A DNA stretch of 64,000 bases from Haliotis rubra (Eukaryota): contig NW_025767083.1 of the NCBI RefSeq assembly GCF_003918875.1, forward strand, positions 930,001-994,000, written 5' to 3'. The translations under genes and the position numbers were made by a program. Of this stretch, positions 1-23,087 are shown piece by piece; position 1 is the first letter of the stretch, and every line of letters begins with the position of its first letter. The notes below the pieces were generated by a model. It had not been told where the DNA came from, did no database searches, and saw only the letters and a program-made list of their open reading frames with translations.

Positions 1-1380
1 CACAGCTAGTTAGAGAGATTGGTCTGTAATTAGACGGATCTGTATGATCCTTGCCAGGTTTTGGTATTGGGACTACAATGGCATTACGCCATGAAGGAGG
101 AAATTCTCCAGACGTCCATATTTGGTCAAATATATCTAAAAGAGTCATCAGACATGGTTCCGGTAAGTGTTTCAGTAGCTGGTAATGTATGTTGTCATCA
201 CCCGCTGCAGTGTCATGAGCTTGCTCAAGAGCAGTATGTAGCTCATGTAATGAAAACACTTCATTATAATCTTCACCGTTATTTGATTCGAAATTAAGTT
301 TTGTCTTTTCCTGTTGTTTCTGATATCTCTGAAACTCAGGGACATAATTTGCCGATGATGAATTTTTGGCAAGGGTTTCGCCAATTTTATTTGCAATGTC
401 AGATTTATCAGTTATCAAGTTATCACCATCTTTAAGATGGTGTACAGCTGATTTTGAACCTTTGCCTTTTATTCGCTGAACCATGTTCCAAACCTTAGAC
501 ATTGGCGTGCGCGAATTAATTTTGGAGACATAATTTCTCCAAGATTGTCGTTTGTTTTGTTTAAAGGTACGACGCGCCTTTGCATTGAGTATTTTAAATT
601 TATTTAAGTTATGGACAGTTGGATGATGGCGGAAATAATGCTCTGCCTTTTTCCTCGCTTTTCTGGCTTGTCTACAATCAGTATTAAACCATGGTTTTCG
701 TACATGTGGAGTCGTAGAGGACTTGGGTATAGACTCATCAGCTATTTCATTTAAAACATCAGAAAAGGTTTGAATGGGATCAGTTATATCACTGAAACAT
801 TCAGGTCGTAATTTAGATTGACATAAAGTTTGATATAAAGACCAGTTAGCCTTCGAAAAGTTCCATCTTGTATACGATGGAGAATCAGATGGAGTTATTT
901 CTGAAAGTATAGTTGGGAAGTGGTCACTTCCACAAAGGTCATTATGAACAGACCAATCAAATTCATTCAGGAGGTGTGAATCTGCAAGAGATAAATCTAA
1001 AGAAGAATAAGTGCCAGTTGCAGGATGAAGATAGGTGCTTGAATCATCATTAAATATGCACAGGTCATTATTGGAAATGAAGTCTTCAATTATTTTACCT
1101 TTAGTATTAGTGGTAGTACTGCCCCAGAGTGGGTTGTGACCGTTGAGGTCACCCATGATAACACATGGCTTTGGGAGTTGATCGTACAGTGATTGAAGAT
1201 CAGTCAGCTGAAGTGTCGATGAAGGTGGGATATACAGAGAGCACAAATGTAAATGCTACACCCAGAGTAAGTCGCACTGCAAGAGCTTGGAGATTAGTGT
1301 TAAGAGTAACAGGGCTGTGAATTACATCCTGTCGTATAAGGATAGTAGAACCTCCAGTGGCTCTATCACCTGGAGGGAAA
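1..1380 (-). mobile_element. Non-LTR retrotransposon (LINE) ORF2 fragment, APE endonuclease region, frameshifted; lies in intron 3 of gene A
   Basis: Manual minus-strand translation gives ATGGSTILIR, SLYIPP, IMGDLNGHNPLWG (~1122-1160), TYLHPATGTYSSLDLS and GSDHFP, the APE motifs of I-group LINEs. There is a frameshift near 1245. Confidence 0.85.
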
Positions 1381-1670
1381 AATAACTATAGGCTAATTTG
1401 TCCGGAGTCCTCTACAGTTCCACTGCACGATGTTGGTAGATAGACCTATCTTTTAGGCGGATTAATTGGGGATCTACCCCGCACCGTTTTCGAGGGCGAC
1501 AAGGACCTAGTACAGAAGTAGCTTGATTTTACATTTGCCGCAAAATCTTAGGGATCGTGAATGTTTTAAGGGGATTATTTGTAGACCGAGCACATGATGC
1601 CAAACACACCAGGGGAAAAGTAATGAATGCAATGATCCCGAACTTACTTTGATTATAATAAGTCACTGAC

Positions 1671-2739
1671 CTGTATGTGGGATTGGTGGAATCGTGGCTA
1701 CTTGGTGAGGCTTCGTGGGCCCGTTGCCCTGGGTTACTGAGCCGGATGTTGGCGCAACACCACCTCCCATTCCTTCAATTTCCAAGGTTGTTTTGGGGGT
1801 GATATCACCCGTTGTGTGAGCCACGAAGTCAAGACATAGTTGGTCCCCGACATGCTCGTCAGCGTTCCATGCTTTGTTGGTCAACACGTACTCCTTCCCC
1901 CCATCTGCCTTTTTAGCATCCGCCGTCCATATCTGTCAAGTTAGAAAAAATATGACAGATAGTCCAGCGTATAATGGACGCTATGGTAACTAGCGAAACT
2001 AAAGCTCAGACTCAGGGTCCACTCCTTAATCAGGCAGATTGTAGGTACATTTTCTAGTATGTTCTTCTGCTGGGCCGATCACATTGCAAATGACAGGATA
2101 AGAACCACGTAAAAATTTAACATATGTTATATTTGGGATTACACTTTCTGATTAAAGTACAGATTCTAGTACCTTTGTTGGGTGGAATCCCACCCGGGAC
2201 TCGAACCCACACCCTCAGAGTCAGGCACCGGGACTCAAACCAACAAAAGTACTAGAATCTGTACTTGTAATCCCAAACATAACATATGTTACATTTGGCC
2301 ACTTTCTAAATGGCATCTCGTAAAATTTGTTGACTATATTATGTACAGTGTATCATGATGTATCAGTGCAAACTACCCTGTGAATGTTTCGCGTATCGCA
2401 TCCAGAAGTTTAACGAAACGTTACGCCATTCTGTATTATGCATATGCGTTCAATATCTTTGAACATATTTTCCACATTGTTAACGCCAGCGAAAACGTAT
2501 TACTTTGTAAATAACTGGGAAGGTGGGATATATATTTGTATATTCAGTTCCAACAACGAGTTATTTACGTCAAGGCTGTCGACGGCTTGGTCAAAACGAA
2601 GATGTGCTGTCCAAGAGTGCAGTTCCTTTGTGATACCAATGCAGGCCTTTGCCTGGAAGCCTCCGTTCCAGTGGTTGTTGAGGGGGACGTCCACCGCCGA
2701 CCCCACCGCCAGGACAGCCGCCACGAGGAATACGTTCAT
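1671..2739 (-). CDS. GH9 cellulase gene A, 5' part only: signal peptide, CBM2-like module and linker
   Basis: Exons 2739-2569 (MNVFLVAAVLAVGSA VDVPLNNHWNGGF...) and 1932-1671 (IWTADAKK...PPIPHTG), GT-AG, phases 0/1. Nearly identical to gene B exons 18144-17974 and 17581-17320. No catalytic exons are in the window. Confidence 0.9.
2119..2320. mobile_element. Inverted-arm element with tRNA-like B-box (family T), copy 1
   Basis: Arms gggattacac...gtacagattctagtac / gtactagaatctgtac...gtaatccc; internal ggttcgagtccc B-box on the minus strand; homologous copies at 43875-44093 and 54185-54291. Confidence 0.75.
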
Positions 2740-2974
2740 CGTGACTGAAAGGAAATACACCAACATCAACATGTATGGAGGTCAATTCCGGTGCTGCCGT
2801 GATATTGCTGGTATATTGCTAAAGGGCGGCGTAACAACACTCACTAGTGCCTTTAAGCATGCATATTGCTTTGCTACTGGTCGAAAATGACAAAAAAACT
2901 AAACCTCAAGCAGATAGTGTGTTATACATTCTTAGATATGTTGCCGCATATCATAACTACTTCTTAAGTACGTA

Positions 2975-3300
2975 TCCCCGACCGCGTCATACCAAAAGAC
3001 GTTAAAATATGGTACTTGTTGGTCCCTGCCTGGCGTTCGGCATTAATGGGTACAACAAGGACTGGTCGGCTCGGAGTCCGTGTAATGTGTCTAAGTGGGG
3101 TATTCATGCTTAACTGCGGCATTGTATCTCAGTGGGCTAGCACTATAAAACCAGCTTCCAGTCTGGGATAGTACAAGCAGCCGCACTTACACATACACAC
3201 GCATGCACGTCGTCATATGAGCGAAATATTCTCAAGCACGACGTTAAACCCAATTTCACCTCACCTCACCTCACCTCACCTCACCTCACCTCACCTCACC
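2975..3300 (+). mobile_element. 5'-truncated SINE with V-domain-like core and (TCACC)n tail
   Basis: Core gtcataccaaaagacgttaaaatatggtac...ccctgcctggcgttcggcattaa resembles the V-SINE central domain (from recall). 13-bp TSD tcttaagtacgta at 2962-2974 and 3301-3313. Confidence 0.75.
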
Positions 3301-3461
3301 TCTTAAGTACGTACACAGGGTGTGCATATTATATTCCGGTATTTGTTTGTATGGGTTGACACAAACCTCGGTATTAAAAGCGCATTGTTCGCATGTCGTT
3401 TCAACAGAGGTATAAGGCAAAACATGGTCTACGTCTATAAGCTTGCAGGTCATGTTCAGTG

Positions 3462-3705
3462 ATACCCGTGAAGATCCGGACTAGAATTGGTCTTCAGCAA
3501 CCCATGCTTGTCGTAAAAGGCGACTAACGGGAACAGTTGTTCAGGCTTGCTGACTTGGTTGACACATGTCATCGTATCCCAATTTCGTAAATAGATGCTC
3601 ATGCTATTGATCACTGGATTGCCTGGTTCAGACTCGATTATTTACAGACCGACGTCATATAGCTGGAATATTTCTGAGTGCGGTGTTAAACAACAAACCA
3701 ACCAA
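3462..3705 (+). mobile_element. SINE family 2 (core cccatgcttgtcgtaagaggcgactaa, Nin-domain-like)
   Basis: About 10 copies in the window. 12-bp TSD tcatgttcagtg at 3450-3461 and 3706-3717. Confidence 0.85.
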
Positions 3706-4185
3706 TCATGTTCAGTGTCGATGGTGAATAATGTCTCAGAGGTACTACCATATGGCACAATGTACAATGTAGTTCTTGTACATGGAGAATACATTAGGCT
3801 TTATCTCCGTTCTGTTTTGAACATGACGCCACTAACTGGACCAGACAAGAGACGTGTTTTAATGACATAGGTATAAGATTTTAACTATATACTGGGAGTA
3901 ATGAATGTGGGTCCAGTTCCATGTGCCACGCCGAAAGTCCGGGTTCGATTCCCCTCGGAATATTCGCTGAATTTCATCTTTTTGTGTGTGTGTTTCTGCT
4001 GTACAGCTGGCAAAATACCCACTGACTACTTATCTGGAAATTGTTAAAAAATATCCTTCAGAAAACTATGCATTATAGTTTCTTTCTATTTTTAATATAA
4101 TATAATATTTCAATGCAGATGGCTTGACATTTTTACCGTCTACAGATAATGTTAAATGTATGAATAAAACATATATGTCCTTACC

Positions 4186-4370
4186 TTCCTATGTTCCGAT
4201 GTCAAGTGACATGTGTCCTACAAGTCATACACTATTTTGTCTTTGGATCCCAGACCTTGACCTTATACCTTATAAGCCTATCTAAATCGTCCGACCCATG
4301 CCGGTTACATGTGCACGCGGCCAGTCAAATGAGAACAACCGTTGGTATTGAATTGACATGGCAAATATCC
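4186..4370 (-). promoter_or_regulatory. Putative non-coding exon 1 and proximal promoter of gene A
   Basis: Donor AG|GTAAGG at ~4185. The block is conserved with 18506-18670 upstream of gene B. The ATG exon starts with an acceptor 5 nt before the ATG, so an upstream exon is required. Confidence 0.65.
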
Positions 4371-5214
4371 AGGTGTCAAGATCTTGATGTAGATGTTGAT
4401 ATAGTCACAGCAATAACATGTGGTTTTCTCGCATTGAGAGCTTTGTCTGTGATGGTTCTAGACATTTGTACTGGACAACTAGGGAATACGGCTGATATTC
4501 AGCGTGCTTGCGAGACCTGCATCTTCAGATCTTAGTTTATTCAACATGGAGCCGGACTATATATTTATTATTCATGGCAAGGCAGATTATTTTACATAAA
4601 GGCTGTAATTGAAGCATATTCTGGTACTATTCTGGCTACAGAACAAGTATATGTGCAATGTCATGTTTAATCTCGAGGCCGTGAGATGAACCACGTGTCA
4701 TCCATACGAAGGTTCTCGATGTCGCCACAGGTCATGTAATCACAGTGTCCCGAAACAGTTAGGTCAGGAAAAATATGTGTGCACTTGTCCTTGTCCTTAA
4801 ACTCATAAAGAGCTTAAACATTAGAACTATGTGACTACATTCTGTCAATATTGTCTAATGGTGCATCTAAGGGGCCAAAAGGGACCATGTATGGAGACGT
4901 TATATATTCAACCACTGCTCCAAAGTCAGACGTCTTGTCACTCTCAAATATTACACATGCATCATATTAAAACGTTCAATCGTACAATTTTACATAGTTC
5001 ATTTTACCTGGGTGTACAAACACCTAGAACTGGACCTGGATGTACAAACGCCCATAGGTTGTATGTATAGGATAGTTCACACATACCTACAATGAAATAT
5101 CCGTATTGACACATATGATGTCTGTTTTACAGTTTTCCAAGAATTTATTGCGAAAATCTTTGTTTCTTAATACTGATAATCGAATTTTATTTTATTATAG
5201 ATGTTACGTTATGT

Positions 5215-5380
5215 ATAGTCCGTTTGGCCCAAACGCGGACCGATGAATTGCAATCTAACTCTAAAACTAATAAACATAAAATATGTTTTGATTATGATCA
5301 GGGTTTCATTGAGTATGTTATGTTACAGTTTTCGAGTTAGATTGCAATTCATCGGTCCGCTTTTGAGCCAAACGGACTGT
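5215..5380. mobile_element. MITE (long terminal inverted repeats)
   Basis: agtccgtttggcccaaacgcggaccgatgaattgcaatctaactc ... gagttagattgcaattcatcggtccgcttttgagccaaacggact. Confidence 0.75.
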
Positions 5381-5639
5381 GGTAAGGTACTCAATATGGG
5401 AGGCAACTCTTGTAGGCTTAAGAATGAACCTTACTACATTAAGAGTTATCTCCCTGGTGTAGCAGGGCTTGGTGTAGCAATGGCTTCCTTTGTTGGCAGA
5501 TTTGTCAACAGAAGAGTAAAGAAAGCTGATTCTAGATGATTTTGAAAGGGGTGTGACTAATGTAAAGAGTTAGCTGGTAGACATGACATTCATCTGACTA
5601 CACTATACAGAACTTTGAAGGATATTCAGTTGAGACTGA

Positions 5640-6630
5640 GCACAAGACAGGGACAGGGAGGTCAAGGAAGTTCAATACTACGAATCGCCGGTGACTCGGT
5701 CAGATTGTGAGTCGGTGAAAATTGAAAAATGATGACAATATCAGAAATGAGATGATTACTAGAGGTAATGTAATGTCCGCAGGTATGTAATGAAGACCCT
5801 AGATCAGGATTACAAAGAATAAACTGGGTGGCAAAGCGCGGAATTCCCTCACCATTGATGAAAGATGCACAAAAAGAAAGACGTTTAAACTGGTATTGGG
5901 CTCACGAAAATCATCATTGGGACAATGTTGGTTTTTTCTGATGATAGTTCTGCCTGCCGTTTTGCGGACTGTGTGAAAAATTTGACAAAACATACCGTGA
6001 CACCTGCCTACCAACACCCACAACATAGCCCGACATTTCACATGTGGAGTGGGCTATCATCACGTTAAGTGACGCCGTTGTGTATTTTCACTGAAATTTG
6101 ACGAAGGAACGATAATATGTTGACATCTTAAATGATCACCTCCTTCCAACGGCCCTAACATTATATGAAGATAATTGGATTTTTCAGCATGATAACGACC
6201 CAAGACACACTGCGGGCTACACCAAACAGTGTTTGTCGGAAGAAAATGTTCAAGTTTTAGACTGGCCCTGCTACAGCCCAGATCTTAACCCTATTGAGAA
6301 TGTGTGGGGACTAATGAAGGACAGAATAAACCAAAACGGTACTTAGACATATTGAGGATATGAAGAACGAAGTACTCTAATATTGGGATACGCTGTCACA
6401 TGATTTCCTACACACTTTGATCGGTAGTGTACCTAGGCGCATTCAGTTTTGTATTACAGGGCAAGAGGTCTCACAAAGTGCTGAAAAGACACTTAAACTG
6501 TATAAGAGAATCATATCTCAACATATTCATTTAAGTAAAATTTCAATAGTATTAGATGTTTTACATGTATTTCTACATGTATTAGATATTTGCCGAAACA
6601 ACTTCCACAATATTCTCTGGGAATACTATA
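5640..6630 (+). mobile_element. Degenerate Tc1/mariner transposase relic
   Basis: FQHDNDPRH...WPCYSPDLNPIENVWG at ~6180-6310, with multiple stops and frameshifts. Boundaries are approximate. Confidence 0.85.
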
Positions 6631-6799
6631 CGTTCCAAATATCAAACGACAAAGAAAGACAGTAGATATAAAAAAGTAAATTTTATTGACTGTTATTGTG
6701 TTACTTGGTTAAAATTCCTCATCTTTATTCCCATGTTCAAGACCTGAAAAACGAAAACGAAGATATTGTTTGTCAAATAATATAATATTCTTAAGCATA

Positions 6800-7030
6800 A
6801 GTGAGTGAGGTTAGTTTAAGCAATATTCAGCTATATGGCGGCGGTCTGTTAATAATCGAGTCTGGACAAGACACTCCAGTGATCAACAGCATGAGCATCG
6901 ATCTGCGCAATTGGGAACCGATGACATGTGTCAACCAAGTCAGCGAGCCTGACCACCCGATCGCGTTAGTCGCCTTTTACGACAAGCATGGGTTTCTGAA
7001 GATCAATTCTAAGCCGGATCATCACAGGCC
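6800..7030 (-). mobile_element. SINE family 2 copy
   Basis: Reverse complement of the 3462-3705 family, with a (ACTC)n-type tail. Confidence 0.8.
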
Positions 7031-7352
7031 GAATTTTAGAAGATAATTTCTAAAAATACATTGTTTAAATGAATATGAGTACAGCTGCAGGAACATCATG
7101 TCCGGGTGAACTATCACATCTGGTTTCCCGCGATAATACTTTTTTTAATGAAGGCATGTTTGCTTATGCAAAAAACATACACACCTAATATGTTTCGAAT
7201 GTCATGCTGCATTATTTCAACAAGTACCCAAGAATAGACCTTATTAGAAGTAATATCTCCTAAGTGACCTCAATTTCAGAATTATTAGATTGTGATTGCT
7301 CTATCGAGTCGATAACACTATCATGAATATGAGTCACACGAATGAAATAGTA

Positions 7353-7515
7353 GTGAGTGAGTTTTAGTTTGACACCGCTTTTAAATATTCCAGCAATATC
7401 ACGGAGGGGGAACACCTGAAATGGGCTTCACATATTGTACCCATGTGGGAAGTAGAACCCGGGTCGTCGGCGTGAGGAGCGAACGCTTTAACCACTGGCT
7501 ACCCCACCGCCCCTA
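7353..7515 (-). mobile_element. tRNA-derived SINE family 1 copy
   Basis: A/B-box head, (ACTC)n tail, 12-bp TSD aatgaaatagta (7341-7352, 7516-7527). Confidence 0.85.
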
Positions 7516-7714
7516 AATGAAATAGTAAAATCAGCATGGTAATTCAGTTAGACATCAATGTAATCATCATCTCCCTAGTAACATCAGTATTGCAGCCACT
7601 CTGAGTCATTTAACAATACAGTCATCCTATCACTCCATACTCGTACTTAAAACAAATCTACGATAACATTACCTCTTATTTTGACTAATGGTGACAAATT
7701 GCAATATATAGTAT

Positions 7715-18144
<10,430 letters not shown>

Positions 18145-18505
18145 CGTGACTGAAAGGAAAACACAGCTCACTTTCAGCATCAACATGTACGAGGACAAGG
18201 GTAAAGGACAATTCTGCCGACAAAGCACGCTATAGGTCTACAGGTATAAGTGTGTTTCGGCCATGTTCGATGTTTACGCTGAATAATGTTTCTACGGTCA
18301 GACGAACTAATATGGGGAAGTAACATAATGTGCAATGTTGTTCTTGTAAAAAGAGAGTACATTAGGTTTATCTCCGGTCTGCCTTGGTCATTACGCCATT
18401 AGCCGGACTCCGGAACGCAAGAAGGCCCTGGTTCGATTGTTCACATTGGAGCAAGGGTTGAATTCCATCTCTGTGGCTTCTAAAAAAAAAAAAGATGTCC
18501 TTACC

Positions 18506-18670
18506 TTCCTATGTTCAGTCTAGTGACACAGGTCAGTACAAGTTATACACTATATAGGCTTTGGATCCCGCACCCTAACCTTCTAACTTTATTTGATTAT
18601 CTAATCGGCTCACCCTTGACTCAAATTGTGCACGTGGTAAGACAAATCAGAGCAACCGTTGGTATTGGAT
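18506..18670 (-). promoter_or_regulatory. Putative non-coding exon 1 and promoter of gene B
   Basis: Donor AG|GTAAGG at ~18505; TATATAG at ~18552-18558; GATA-like sites; conserved with gene A 4186-4370. Confidence 0.65.
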
Positions 18671-18744
18671 ACCCAGTTGTATCAGCCCTCATTGTGACAA
18701 TTGCTACAGTTTTAAGGCTATGTACCTTCCTTAGGGTGTTATCT

Positions 18745-19260
18745 TTTGTTACCCCCGCAACGCGTTTTGCTGGGGGAACAGTGGACTCCGTCCGTCCGTC
18801 TGTCCGCGCACATTCGTCTTTTCCGGAGCAGAACTTTAAAATCGTTCACTATTTCTTCACCAAAACCACATAGATAGGTCTATTGGTGTACTGGTGCCTT
18901 TTGACACTTTGGGATTTCTGAATAAAATGGGGTTTTTTTTGCGTTTCCATGGCAACAAGTTTGACTTCGACTGAAATTGGTGTTGGTGTTCTTTTCCGGT
19001 GTAGAACCTTTAAATCGTACAATATTTCTTCACCAAACTTGGCACATAGTTAGGTCTGGTGTTGAACTGGTGCCTTTTGGTAGCTTTGGATTATTTTTTA
19101 CGTTTCCATGGCAACAACTTTGGCTTCGACTGAATGTGGGGGTAGTTCTACCACTTTGCTATATACACGCCAAAACATTTGACATAGTGATAACTAGTAG
19201 ACATATGCATGAAGAGTATTTTACCATTGCTGGGGATATCGATGACTTTGTCTTCTTGTT
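18745..19260 (+). mobile_element. Helentron-associated (HINE/pearl-like) non-autonomous element
   Basis: 5' hairpin cccccgcaa...ttgctggggg, (GTCC)n microsatellite, two internal repeats (~18820-18980, ~19010-19140), 3' ttgctgggga. Confidence 0.6.
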
Positions 19261-21086
19261 GTATGTATTTAATACCAAACTCAGAAGAAACCAATATTTT
19301 GGAATTCTGTAATGCTTGCTATAAGTGCCATTGTTTCGGCAAAATGTATTCGTTACAATTAAGGACGTGATACAAACGAGGACCGTTCAAAAAGTATTCA
19401 GCATCACCTAGAAAATGATACGAATACATCTGTTTTAATGCTATATTTTCTACATATTATCTGTCAACCTCAAGCAAAATTGCTGTGCTAAGTTCCAGCC
19501 TCACGATCCCCATTTTGTTTGATTTATTATCTTGGTACCCCCCAAAAACGCACAATCTCACAAATCACAAACCTCAGGAAACAAAACATGAAAGGAACAT
19601 TTTCGATGTCTGAGATAGGCAGAAGTCCGCTAGAATCAAACTTAGATATTAAACTGCATAAAAAAGCAATTTGAAGCTACAATCGCTTGTTAATGTGACT
19701 CCCCCTTCGTGTTAACTGAAAGACCTGCTTTGGAGGCACTACCCACCCACCACTTTCAGATGACGTAATCATAAGGACATAATTTATTCTAATGTTTTCA
19801 CTTATTCATACATGATGCCAAGGGTTCAAACTAAATACTGAATGGTCACTCAAGTGTCAGCTCTCAATATATTGTAGACAGTGCCACCTTGAATATCCGG
19901 ACACAATGTTTTTGAAAGATAAAATGGGGGTGTCTTTAAAAATAGCCCCCGTCTAAATATAAATCAAGCAATCCAAATATTTGAATGTTGATTATGACGG
20001 GAAGTCACCCAATACTATGCTGAACATATTATATATGACATTATCTGAGGGCATGCCATTAACCAAAAGGTACCAAATAACAGATCGTTTTTCATTTTCT
20101 GCATTTTTAAAGAAATATTATACCCCAATGTGATGTGATTATCTCGTTAACCACATTACCCACATGTGTAAAAATTTTGGATATGGCTTTGCTAATGATT
20201 CATGCATGCAAAGCAGAATGGAAGCTTTTCAAACATTGGACATCGAGAATATAGTTAGGCTGAGATGCCTTTTGAACACGTCGTATTGGCTTCTCAGACA
20301 AGATATAAAACACTAAACCATCACATTCAATCAGGACGCTTTCCTTCAATCCAGCTAAGACATATCCTTTCAAACCCCTATCAAGACACGTCCATTCAAT
20401 TCAACCAAGACACATTCAGTGGATGCAGGCTGATCCTTCCACGGGGCTTTATCGTATGCATTACCTTTATAATGTAAAAAACTTAACACATGAGGGTAAA
20501 CCAAATATGAGCACCTTTTTCTTTTCACTCCTCATCCCCTCAATGATGCAGAAGTTTAAGGCAAGATCATGACATTATCTTGGTCGCCAGACTGAAATAC
20601 ATTGTGGGAGTCGCCTGTGTTGGTCTATCAACAGATAGAAGTTGCTGTAGTTCTCACAGAACGACATGTTTTGCTAGCTAGGCACGAGGATACAATTTTC
20701 TCCATGTGTTTTTCGGTTTAATAAGTTATGTGACGGTTACGTTCTTGACTCTGGCACAAACAAAAGACATGGGCTGATATTAAATCACCGTGCTTTGCTC
20801 GAGTTGCACCATCATCACTGGAATAGAGACTAAGTACAACAGCTGTACTACTATTGTGCACGACTATAGACATGGAACAGCGTGTCGCAACACCCCAAAC
20901 CATGCGTCAACATGAATTACATGGAATGTATATTGATTCAATTTTCCATCACACAGTGCCTTTAAGCGTTAACACTCTTCAGCAAATCATGGAAATGTTA
21001 TCAATTTCATCACACATGTATGTCAAGGCATAGAAGGTTTGGGGTATGCCATTTTGGATCCTGAATTATTTTATTGGGCTCATGTG

Positions 21087-22494
21087 ATATACGGATGGGA
21101 AAAGGAATCGCATATGTTACCATTAACAATAGCAAAGGAACTTATCCAAAAATCAATATATCTTTCTGTCTGGATAAACTGACCCCTTCGGAATAATTAC
21201 ATGGCAAATGTAAACGCAAACAGAAAGCAAGATTGTACTTTATTCATAGAAGTAAACGTGGCAATACGGATGACTCAATTGGTAGTGCTGGTAACTTTAG
21301 TCGGATGACGTACAAAGGTGTGGTCATATTAAAGTTTCCGGCATACAACCCTCAAGACATCACATAAGTATCAATAGGTGCGCACAATGTCAGAATCTGG
21401 TGTAACATCCACCAACTTCAATAGCATACTAGACAGTCCTCCTCATTGGCTGTAATAGACGCAGAATTTGATTTGAGGTATTGCGTTCTATTCTTGACGG
21501 GGGGCTTGTTCCAGTACATCAGGACTTCATACTACAGGATCTCTCTGGCGTATTCTGCACCTCATAATGTCCAGCGAAGCTCTATGGGCTTCAGATCTGA
21601 ACCCCTGGCGGGCCAATGTATATTTGCTTCCGCCTCTTGCCGCAAGATATCTCCAACGGCACATGCTCGATGTGGCCAAGCATTGTTGTCCATGACGACT
21701 GGCCTTGTGTTCAGAGATGTCCCTTTGCCCATTCAGATTTTGTTTGCTCGTCACAAGGTCAAGGTTACAGTCACGTGAGGGGTACCGCCCACACCGTCAA
21801 CGATCCCCCGGCAAACGGTACTTGCTCCAGATATTCCGTTGGGAACATACACTGTTTCTGCAGCTCCGAACACGAGGCATGAGCAAAAGAAATCGACTTT
21901 CGTCTGATCAGTGGTCTTTTCCCCATAACCTCACATTCAAGTGACGTTGAGCTTGACATCAAGCTAGTCGTGCTGCTTTCTGCTCTGTGGATAACACCGG
22001 ACGTCTAATGGGTCGTCTGGCTCTACATCCAGTCGATTGTAGGCGATTTGGGGCAAACGATGATCTGGAATCCACTCTGCTTTTAACACGCTACTTGACA
22101 TGGTACATATGAAGTCTTAATATTCTGAATATCGCTGTATCCTCCCTAGAAGTTTTTAGTCTTTAACGTCGTACATTGCTATGTTTTCTGGCCAATCGGC
22201 TGATAATCGATGGATGACAACGACCATAGCCTCACTGTCAGCATACCAATAATTTGCTCTCTTTGAGCAGATGTTAGCGTTTGAGGAGGCCCCATTTTGC
22301 TTGTCAACAACGAAATCAATGTATTTTTCCAAGTTATCGAACTGTCAGAACAGTTTACCGAAACGTGCGTAATGCCTAATGACGGGTGGTGCTCACCTCA
22401 TATATATTACAAATAAAACATAATTATGATACGAATATAAATGGCTATGGAGGTAGAAATCAAACGTGTGCGGTACCTTTTTCCATATGCATAT
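21087..22494 (-). mobile_element. Degenerate Tc1/mariner DNA transposon
   Basis: Imperfect TIRs at ~21087-21118 and ~22464-22494; broken transposase with VMDNNAWPHRA and WPARGSDLKPIE motifs. Confidence 0.75.
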
Positions 22495-23087
22495 TTAAAT
22501 ATCCTAATTCGAGGTCGCAGATTGTCTGGCTCTATTCAGCTAGACTTTACTTAGATCCCTGTGTATGCTGAGTGAGTGAGTTAATCAATGAAGTTCAGAT
22601 CAGGTGCTGATGTATCGAACAGTGAACAATATGTGATAATGGTAGTTACCTCAATATCAGGTGTAACTGATTATTGTATCTCACTACTCATTACATCGAC
22701 TGACTCAACTTGGGGCTTCACTCTGACATGGATATTTTGGTAAATGAAGCAAAGTTTTAGCAACCGTAGTTAAGAACACAGACCTAATTAACGATACGGG
22801 TGCAGGTGGGCCGTACTATATGAATTATAAATAAGTTGTATGGCTACTTATAGATATGTGGTATTTATAGATATATATTTTAGCTCTATAGATAAGTCTA
22901 ACAGTAGACACTTTAAACATTAGGCGGTGGTACACGAGATGCGTACGTGTTATGAAACATGTTGGCCAGAATATCATGAATAGGGGAACTACCACAGGCA
23001 TTAAGTTGGTATAATAATGAAACGTGAGTAAATTGAAAACATTAACGCCAGACAATAATCAGTGTCGAATAATTACTGACTAGGTGT

